Shown here: piece after piece, positions 1-6,602 of the stretch
Layout: the number at the start of each line of letters is the position of its first letter
Numbering within the stretch: the stretch's first letter is position 1
NCBI GenBank assembly: GCA_017523305.1
Contig: JAFWWV010000114.1
Location: 1-53,257, forward strand
Origin: Clostridia bacterium
GTDB lineage: Bacteria; Bacillota; Clostridia; Christensenellales; UBA1242
DNA: 53,257 nucleotides
Direction: 5' to 3'
Position numbers and translations under genes: made by a program
The notes under the pieces: model-generated
Database searches by the model: none
The model's input: the letters and a program-made list of their open reading frames with translations, nothing else
Told to the model about the DNA's origin: nothing

Positions 1-1
1 C

Positions 2-538
2 AAACTTCAACACGGACATATGCAACAAGTAGGTTATGATATGTATGTTAAACTTTTAAATGAAGCTGTAAGCGAAATTAAAGGTGAAAAAGTTGAAGAA
101 TTAAGAGAAGTTAAAATAGATATTGCTATTAATGCTTTCTTGCCAAATTCTTATATTTCTCAAAATGAAAATAGAATTGATTTTTATACAAAAGTTAGCA
201 AATTAAAAACTGTTGAAGAGTTGCAAAAATTATTGCAAGATACTAATAATATTTACGGAGTTGCACCAAAATCTGTAGAACAATTGTGTTATGTTGGTTT
301 GATTAAAAATTTGGCTCAAAAAATAGGTGTAAAAACAGTAAAATTAGACGAATTTGGTTGTAAAGTGATTTTTTACCCTGAAATTGATGATAAAATATAT
401 GCATATTTATCAAAAACAACAGTAGATTTTGTTTTAACAAACGAAAAAATGCCAATAATTACATTAAGAAAACAGCCTGATATGCAACAATTGCAACAAA
501 ATTTAATAAAATTTTTAATTAATTGTTTACAAAATTAA
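2..538 (+). CDS. mfd: Transcription-repair coupling factor Mfd, C-terminal part (5'-truncated by the window edge)
   Basis: The frame is open from base 2 and reads KLQHGHMQQVGYDMYVKLL, matching the Mfd QHGH..VG(F/Y)D.Y.K(L/M)L motif. It is followed by a TRCF C-terminal domain pattern (IDIAINAFLPNSYI...RIDFY...YGVAPKSVEQL). The ATG at 20 is internal. Confidence 0.93.
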   Translation, partial: KLQHGHMQQVGYDMYVKLLNEAVSEIKGEKVEELREVKIDIAINAFLPNSYISQNENRIDFYTKVSKLKTVEELQKLLQDTNNIYGVAPKSVEQLCYVGLIKNLAQKIGVKTVKLDEFGCKVIFYPEIDDKIYAYLSKTTVDFVLTNEKMPIITLRKQPDMQQLQQNLIKFLINCLQN

Positions 539-548
539 AAATAAATAA

Positions 549-577
549 TTGCTTTTATCTTTTGGTTATTGTATAAT
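549..577 (+). promoter_or_regulatory. Putative sigma-A promoter for the prsA-like gene
   Basis: TTGCTT (549-554), 17 nt spacer, TATAAT (572-577). Confidence 0.55.
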
Positions 578-727
578 GTAACTTGCTTATATTGTATCTT
601 ATTAAAAGTCTGTTTTTAATTATATTAAAATTAAGCAAAATTAATAAGAAATTAAGCAAGTTATTTTTTGTTAATTAACCTAAATATTAGGTTGTTTAAT
701 TTTTAAAAAAAATTAGGAGTTATCATT

Positions 728-2572
728 GTGAAAAAGAAAATTGCAACACTACTTATGTTTTTGTTTTCCTGCTTGTCAATTTTTACTGGCTGTAATTTGT
801 TTGATACAAACAACTATGCTGGTTTAAATTCTGTTGTTGCTACATCAGGCGAAATTGAAATTACTAGGGAACAACTTATTAATGCCTATAATAGTTCAGG
901 TTATTACTATAACAACTATTATGGTCAATCTATGGAAGAAGCATTAAAATCAACTATCAACGATTTAATTGATAGACAATATATGCTTAACTATGTTGAA
1001 AAACTTGAAAAAACTGATAATAGATATGCTTTAACAGATGCTGAAAAATATGATGTAATTAAAGAAACTTGGGATTACATTGATTCTTCTATTGAAAGCA
1101 TTGTAAAAGAAGTTAGAAAAGATTTAAAACTCTCTTCTGAAGATCTTTCAACTGAAACAGAAGAAGAATCTTCTTCAAATTCTGAAAGTGAAGAAACATC
1201 TTTTAAAGCAAAAGAAGTTTACAAATCTAAATTTACAAAAGACAGTAAAGGTAGAATTGTAAAAATTGAAGAAGAAGAAAATAATTACATTCCAACAAAT
1301 AAAACTAAATATGATTACGAACTTAAATTAAGTAGTACTAATAAAGACTACGAAACTATTGTTTGGAATAGATATATTACTTCATTAAAGAAAAACCAAG
1401 CACCTTACAATTACAATGATACTTCTGATAAAGCTGTATTCAATAGAGAAATTGATAGGGCATATAAAACAAACTTAGAAAATGCTAAACTTGAAAAGTT
1501 TGAAAATATTTATAAAAACAATTTTGGTTTAGATTATTATGAAGATGGAGAAGGTAAATTTGTTTACTATATTAATGATGTAACATTACAAAAAGTTGCA
1601 GAAAAGTATACAAGTATTTATTCTTCAAATAAAGAATTATATAATATGACTTATAGTAAAAATAATGTTGCTAACCTTGAAAGTGATTTAAATAGTTTCT
1701 ATAAAACATTAACAAACACTTCTTCAAGAGAAAATTATTTTTATTATGGCGAACCTGCTGATGATGAACAATTGCTTACTTGTTTGCATATTTTAGTTAA
1801 GTTTACTAAAGAACAAGAAAACTTAATTAGTGAACATGAAAAAGATCCATTGCTTCAAAACTATTTAGAAGAAATTTTAGCAGACGATAAATCACAAGCA
1901 AATACTTTAGCTTATGCAAGAAGTTATAATGAAGATGGAGAAGAAACTATTTCAACAACAGGTACAAGTGTTGAACAAGTTTTTGCAGAATTAACTTCAA
2001 GAATTCAACAAGAAGTAACTGTAGGTGCAAGTAACGCTGACTATATTAATCAAGTAACAAAAATCTTTGACGAATTTATTTATAAATATAATCAAGATTC
2101 TGGTATTATGAATGCTAAATTTGATTATGTTGTTGGTACAGAAACAAGTGCTATGGTTAATAGTTTTACAGAAGTAGTTCGTAAATTATATAACAATGGT
2201 GTTGCAGATTATAATGAAAAATCTGTAAAAGCTGATTATAATGAAGATGTAACTTTATACTTCCCAAATGGTGTAGGTTATGCTGGTGCAATTTCAGCTC
2301 CATTCCTTGAAGAAGCAAGTAACTATAAGGGTTACCACATTGTTTTATACACAGGTAAATTAGAAAATGTTGTTGCAGAAGGTTTAAATGCAACAAATGT
2401 TTATGCTAAACTTGGCAACGTAAAAACATCAGTTGCTTATGGCCAAAGCATATTTGAATTTGTTTTTGATAAATTAACTAAAGATAGTTATTCTCAGCAT
2501 CAAGCAGATATCTTAGCTACAAACGAAAAAGATACTGTATATAACACAGCTAATTTTTCAGACTTATATTAA
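728..2572 (+). CDS. prsA: PrsA/SurA-like parvulin peptidyl-prolyl isomerase foldase lipoprotein, enlarged (614 aa)
   Basis: GTG start with AGGAG at 715-719 and lipobox IFTG-C22. N-terminal VVATSGEIEITREQL is SurA/PrsA-like. Parvulin motifs are present: CLHILV, MVNSFTEVVRKL and ISAPF...GYHIV. A position directly after mfd is the usual clostridial location of prsA. Confidence 0.8.
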   Translation: MKKKIATLLMFLFSCLSIFTGCNLFDTNNYAGLNSVVATSGEIEITREQLINAYNSSGYYYNNYYGQSMEEALKSTINDLIDRQYMLNYVEKLEKTDNRYALTDAEKYDVIKETWDYIDSSIESIVKEVRKDLKLSSEDLSTETEEESSSNSESEETSFKAKEVYKSKFTKDSKGRIVKIEEEENNYIPTNKTKYDYELKLSSTNKDYETIVWNRYITSLKKNQAPYNYNDTSDKAVFNREIDRAYKTNLENAKLEKFENIYKNNFGLDYYEDGEGKFVYYINDVTLQKVAEKYTSIYSSNKELYNMTYSKNNVANLESDLNSFYKTLTNTSSRENYFYYGEPADDEQLLTCLHILVKFTKEQENLISEHEKDPLLQNYLEEILADDKSQANTLAYARSYNEDGEETISTTGTSVEQVFAELTSRIQQEVTVGASNADYINQVTKIFDEFIYKYNQDSGIMNAKFDYVVGTETSAMVNSFTEVVRKLYNNGVADYNEKSVKADYNEDVTLYFPNGVGYAGAISAPFLEEASNYKGYHIVLYTGKLENVVAEGLNATNVYAKLGNVKTSVAYGQSIFEFVFDKLTKDSYSQHQADILATNEKDTVYNTANFSDLY

Positions 2573-2607
2573 TTTTTTAAACTAAAGAATAATTAAAAGG
2601 AGGAGTC

Positions 2608-4125
2608 ATGGCTGTAAAAAAGAATAAAAAGGCTAATAAATATAGTGCAAAAACTAAAACTAAAAAACTAGATGATGTAGTACTTGAAAATTCACAAGAA
2701 CAGTTAGAAGAAACTTCTCCTGAAAAAATAAAAAAAGAAATAAAAGAACCAAAACTTAAAAAACTTTTATTTAAAAAAGAAAAACTTCGCCGTTTTAGAA
2801 AAAACTATGGCGCTCAAGTTTCAGACGATAGTAGGTTATTTATCTCTCAAATAGAATCTGAAAAATATGCCATAATAGAACATTCTCAAAGCGAAGAAAG
2901 AGTAAAAAAAATAAAAACAAATACTCAAAGCAAATCTAAAAAGAAAAAATGGTTAAACTTTTTATATTTTGCTTTAAATATTGTTGTTATTGCAATTGTT
3001 CTTTGGGTTCAACTTGCTAAAGAAAGTAACCCAATGGAATCTCTTGCTTCTATTTTAGATGTTAACTGGTGGTTTATTTTAGCTGCTGTTGCAACCTTCT
3101 TAATTTGTATGGTTATGGACCAGTTAAAATATTCTATTTTAATAAAAAAAGCAACCGGTAATTTTAGGTTTAATTTATCATATAAAATGGCTGTTGTTGG
3201 TAGACATTACGATATTATTACTCCACTTAGTACTGGTGGCCAACCTTTTCAAATCTTTTATGCTCATAAATATGGTATAAAAGTAGGTGAATCAACATCT
3301 ATTGCTTTAGGTAGATATATGTTATATCAAATTATCTACTTTATGTGTATTACATTCTTCTTAGTTAGAAATTTCTTTACAGGTACATTAGATGCTGCAA
3401 TGGGTGACGTTGCAGGTGGAGTAGTTTCTACTTTAAGTTGGATTGGTTATGCTTGTTGTGCAGTTGTTATTTTTACTGTTTTCTTTGTTTCACTTAATCG
3501 TAGAGCAGGAGCAGGATTCGTTGCTGGAGTATTCAAACTGCTAAATAAAATTAAAATAGGTAAGTTTAGAATATTCAAAGACTATAAATCAGCTTTCGTA
3601 GGTGCTATGAAAACTGTTAATAGTTGGCAAAAAACAACTAAAAAATATAGCAAATCATTTAGTGTTTTATTTATAAACATTGTTTGCTCACTTATTTATT
3701 TCTTCTCATGGTATATAATGCCTTTCTTCGTTTTTACAGCTTTCGACTATCCAATTAATGGTTGGAATCCAAGTATGATAATGCCAATTATGACAATTGC
3801 TATTATGGTTGACTTAACTTCTGCTTTCAATCCAATTCCTATGGGTATTGGAACTGCAGACTTAAGTTTTACAGTTTTATACGGTAGCTTGTTTGCTAGT
3901 GGTGCACAAGTTTGGGCTTTAATTATTTGGAGAATTTTAACTTATTACATCTATATTATTCAAGGCTTATTAATGCTTACTTACGACTATGTTATTGGTG
4001 ATAAAAGACTTGCTAAAAATAAAGAGTTTTGGATGTTGCCTTATCGTCAAAGAGTAAAAATAAAATTAAGAGAAGCTAGAGAGAAATTAAGAATAAAAAT
4101 TAAAAAGAAAGATAAAGAAGTTTAA
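2608..4125 (+). CDS. Lysylphosphatidylglycerol-synthase TM / YbhN (UPF0104) flippase-like membrane protein with a long Lys-rich N-terminal extension
   Basis: AAGGAGG RBS, several hydrophobic helices, and the family motifs ITPLSTGGQP, NPIPMGIGTAD and LIIWRILTYY. No C-terminal MprF synthase domain. Confidence 0.8.
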   Translation: MAVKKNKKANKYSAKTKTKKLDDVVLENSQEQLEETSPEKIKKEIKEPKLKKLLFKKEKLRRFRKNYGAQVSDDSRLFISQIESEKYAIIEHSQSEERVKKIKTNTQSKSKKKKWLNFLYFALNIVVIAIVLWVQLAKESNPMESLASILDVNWWFILAAVATFLICMVMDQLKYSILIKKATGNFRFNLSYKMAVVGRHYDIITPLSTGGQPFQIFYAHKYGIKVGESTSIALGRYMLYQIIYFMCITFFLVRNFFTGTLDAAMGDVAGGVVSTLSWIGYACCAVVIFTVFFVSLNRRAGAGFVAGVFKLLNKIKIGKFRIFKDYKSAFVGAMKTVNSWQKTTKKYSKSFSVLFINIVCSLIYFFSWYIMPFFVFTAFDYPINGWNPSMIMPIMTIAIMVDLTSAFNPIPMGIGTADLSFTVLYGSLFASGAQVWALIIWRILTYYIYIIQGLLMLTYDYVIGDKRLAKNKEFWMLPYRQRVKIKLREAREKLRIKIKKKDKEV

Positions 4126-4147
4126 TTAATTTTAAACTTCTTTTTTT
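4114..4147 (+). terminator. Rho-independent terminator overlapping the stop codon
   Basis: AAAGAAGTTTAA (4114-4125) pairs with TTAAACTTCTTT (4132-4143), followed by a T run. Confidence 0.7.
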
Positions 4148-4177
4148 ATGCTTTTTTTAAATATTTTTATTAAGAGG

Positions 4178-4205
4178 GTTTATATTTTTATTAAGTGTAA
4201 ATACT
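4178..4205 (+). promoter_or_regulatory. Putative sigma-F-like forespore promoter of the ywmB-like gene
   Basis: GTTTA-N14-GTAAATACT resembles the sigma-F consensus GYWTA-N15-GgnrAnAnT. The same arrangement recurs at 4711-4738. Confidence 0.4.
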
Positions 4206-4212
4206 TTAAGGT

Positions 4213-4701
4213 ATGAAAAAAGCCGTAAATTTTTTAATTTTTGTGCCAATGCTACTTTTTGGTTTGTTTTTTTATAATAATAATGTTTTTTATAATAAGT
4301 TTAAAGAATATAACAACACAACCTTTTGTTATGTTTATAGTAATAAAAATTTTACTAATAAAACTGAAAACTTAAATACAGTTTTTACAAATTTTAAAAC
4401 AATAAATAATGGAGATAAAACTTTTTTATATTTTAGTAAAATGAAAACTAAAATTTTTGAAACGCCTGATTATATGCAAGTTTGTTTTTTAGGTTCTCAT
4501 AACCAAGTGCAAGAGATTATAAAGGACTTAAATTTAAATAAAGTTTTTAGTGAAAAGTTTGAAAATTATTTTTCATTTTATGGGTATTCTTCTAATTGGG
4601 TAAAATACAAAATACTAAAAAACAAAAAAGTAAATTTTCAAATTGTATTTAAAGAAAATAAAATTACAATAGGGTATCCTATGATTTACGGCTCATTTTA
4701 A
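4213..4701 (+). CDS. YwmB-family (DUF1779, TATA-box-binding-like) exported protein
   Basis: N-terminal hydrophobic segment and the C-terminal signature FYGYS...KVNFQIV...ITIGYPMIYGSF typical of YwmB. It lies upstream of spoIIQ/spoIIID, as in the conserved cluster. Confidence 0.65.
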   Translation: MKKAVNFLIFVPMLLFGLFFYNNNVFYNKFKEYNNTTFCYVYSNKNFTNKTENLNTVFTNFKTINNGDKTFLYFSKMKTKIFETPDYMQVCFLGSHNQVQEIIKDLNLNKVFSEKFENYFSFYGYSSNWVKYKILKNKKVNFQIVFKENKITIGYPMIYGSF

Positions 4702-4710
4702 AAATAAAAT

Positions 4711-4738
4711 GTTTAAATATCTTAAAACTGTAAACAAT
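4711..4738 (+). promoter_or_regulatory. Putative sigma-F-like promoter of the spoIIQ-like gene
   Basis: GTTTA-N14-GTAAACAAT just upstream of the AGGAGG RBS. spoIIQ is an established sigma-F target. Confidence 0.45.
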
Positions 4739-4759
4739 TTTTGTAGGAGGATAAAAAGT

Positions 4760-5350
4760 ATGTCTTACAAAGAAAGTTTAAAAAGTTTTTTTATTAGATT
4801 CAAAAGAGTAATTATTGCTTCAGGTTTATGTGTTCTTGCTATGGCTATTATAGGGGTGGTTGCTTACAAGTCAACAAACCAAGTAACTATAAATAAAAAT
4901 GAAATGGTTCAAACTTCAGCACCAACGTCAGTTTCTTTTATTATGCCTATAAAAGATGGTGAAATTATTAAAGATTTTTCAAACACAGCTTTAAAATATA
5001 ATTCTACACTAAAACAATGGGAAGCACATAAAGCAGTAGATATTAAAGGTGCTGACAACTCTGATGTTATGGCTGTTTTATCTGGCGAAGTTGTTTCTGT
5101 TGAATCAAATTATTTAAAAGGGACTGTTGTTACAATTAAACATAATAAATCTTTGCAAACGGTTTATGCTTCACTTGATGAAAATGTAAAAGTAAAAGTA
5201 GGGGATAAAGTAAAAACAGGTGATGTAATTGGTAAAGTTTCAACAAGCGCTAAAAGTGAATCTAATGACGGGGCACATTTGCATTTTGAAGTTTTAGTTG
5301 ATAATGTAAAAACGGATCCAAACTTATATTTAAATTTAGGTGATAAATAA
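4760..5350 (+). CDS. spoIIQ: M23/LytM-family peptidase, SpoIIQ-like (start corrected from 4709 to ATG 4760)
   Basis: AGGAGG at 4745-4750 precedes ATG 4760. One N-terminal TM helix. M23 motifs HKAVD (HxxxD) and HLHFEV (HxH) are present, with YASL in place of YAHL. Located just upstream of spoIIID. Confidence 0.7.
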   Translation: MSYKESLKSFFIRFKRVIIASGLCVLAMAIIGVVAYKSTNQVTINKNEMVQTSAPTSVSFIMPIKDGEIIKDFSNTALKYNSTLKQWEAHKAVDIKGADNSDVMAVLSGEVVSVESNYLKGTVVTIKHNKSLQTVYASLDENVKVKVGDKVKTGDVIGKVSTSAKSESNDGAHLHFEVLVDNVKTDPNLYLNLGDK

Positions 5351-5420
5351 TTTTTTTTCTAAAACAAAAATTTTCTTTAATTTTATAAAATTGATATCTA
5401 AATAATTTTTTGTAATTTGC

Positions 5421-5449
5421 TTTACTAAAAAACTTTAATATAGTATAAT
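5421..5449 (+). promoter_or_regulatory. Putative sigma-A promoter of acpP
   Basis: TTTACT (5421-5426), 17 nt spacer, TATAAT (5444-5449). Confidence 0.6.
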
Positions 5450-5479
5450 TTGCTGTGTAAAAAATGGAGGAATTTTTTT

Positions 5480-5722
5480 ATGACTATTGATAAAGTTAAA
5501 GAAATGTTAGCAAACCAACTTAATGTTGAAGTTGATAAAATTAATGAAGGTTCAAAAATTATTGAAGACTTAGGCGCAGATTCACTCGATATGATTGAAA
5601 TGCTTATGGCTTTAGAAGAAGAATTTAATATCAGCGTTCCAGACGATAAAGCTGAAGGTTTAAAAACTGTTGGCGATATTGCAGCATTTATTGATGAAAA
5701 TGCTAACGGCGATAATAAATAA
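5480..5722 (+). CDS. acpP: Acyl carrier protein (start corrected to ATG 5480)
   Basis: GGAGG at 5466-5470; acidic 80-aa protein with the phosphopantetheine site DLGADSLD and LEEEF...KTVGD. Confidence 0.95.
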   Translation: MTIDKVKEMLANQLNVEVDKINEGSKIIEDLGADSLDMIEMLMALEEEFNISVPDDKAEGLKTVGDIAAFIDENANGDNK

Positions 5723-5749
5723 TTAAATAAACATTTACATTTTAACTTT

Positions 5750-5782
5750 AAAGAGATGGTATTTAAATACCGTCTCTTTTTT
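5750..5782 (+). terminator. Rho-independent terminator after acpP
   Basis: AAAGAGATGGTATTT / AAATACCGTCTCTTT inverted repeat (one G:U pair) followed by Ts. Confidence 0.85.
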
Positions 5783-5852
5783 ATTTGTTTTGTTTTAAAA
5801 TAAACAATTATAAATTAATAAAAAATAATTATAAAAAAAATAAAAAAAATAT

Positions 5853-5881
5853 ACATATTTCGTCAAAATTCAACATATGTT
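5853..5881 (+). promoter_or_regulatory. Putative sigma-E promoter of spoIIID with an embedded Spo0A box
   Basis: ACATATT (5853-5859), N14, CATATGTT (5874-5881) matches the sigma-E consensus. TTCGTCA (5859-5865) is TGACGAA on the minus strand, a match to TGNCGAA. Confidence 0.6.
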
Positions 5882-5910
5882 TTTAACATATAAAAAGGGG
5901 CGAAATATTT

Positions 5911-6156
5911 ATGAAAAATAACATTGAAAATAGAGTATATTTAGAAGCAGAATTTATTTTAAAAAATAAATGTACAATTAGAAGTATGACAAGTGTTTTT
6001 AATGTATCAAAAAGTACTATACATTTTGATTTAAGTAAAAGATTGAAAAGATATAATTATTCGCTTTTTGTTAAGGTAGATAAAATATTAAAATTTAATT
6101 TATCTCAAAGACATATTAGAGGTGGTAAATCTACAAAAAATAAATATTTAAAATAA
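5911..6156 (+). CDS. spoIIID: Sporulation transcriptional regulator SpoIIID
   Basis: IENRV...TIR...VFNVSKSTIH.DL..RL and RHIRGG.STK.KY are the SpoIIID signatures; AAGGGG RBS. Confidence 0.93.
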   Translation: MKNNIENRVYLEAEFILKNKCTIRSMTSVFNVSKSTIHFDLSKRLKRYNYSLFVKVDKILKFNLSQRHIRGGKSTKNKYLK

Positions 6157-6506
6157 AAAACTTATAAAACTATAAATATTTTATTTTCGCTTAATTAAAG
6201 GCTTTTAAATAGTAAAAAACAATACTTAAATAAAAATAATATTAATTTTAACCGTATAAGTAGTTTTTTTAATAATTTTTTGTTTTTTATATAAAATAAT
6301 GTTAATAAATATCACAAAAACAAACTCGACCAAATGGTCTTTATTTTTGATATAAAAAACAAAAAAAACATATAAAAATATCTTTAAAAAAATACAAAAA
6401 AAAGATAGATTTTTTTGATAAAAAATCCTTAAAAAAATGCTAAAAATTTATTAAAAATTTTTGTGCAAAAATTAATGAAAAATAATACTTTTTTACACCT
6501 ATTTAT

Positions 6507-6536
6507 TTGACATAATATTACACTTTAAAATATAAT
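6507..6536 (+). promoter_or_regulatory. Consensus sigma-A promoter of giant gene 1
   Basis: TTGACA (6507-6512), 18 nt spacer, TATAAT (6531-6536), with additional TATAAT copies at 6541-6551. Confidence 0.7.
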
Positions 6537-6602
6537 AAATTATAATATAATATTTATTTATATTTATTATAAAAATTTGACATAATAAGGGTAGGTGTCA
6601 TT

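Noticed and set aside
4709-4759. ORF-track start of the M23 gene at 4709
   Set aside because: A strong AGGAGG precedes ATG 4760, and the upstream segment holds the putative promoter.
5450-5479. ORF-track TTG start of acpP
   Set aside because: It immediately follows the -10 box; GGAGG plus ATG 5480 gives a normal-length ACP.
6157-6480. Short A/T palindromes between spoIIID and giant 1 as an ncRNA or replication origin
   Set aside because: Expected by chance in such AT-rich sequence; no DnaA-box cluster or GC-supported stems seen.
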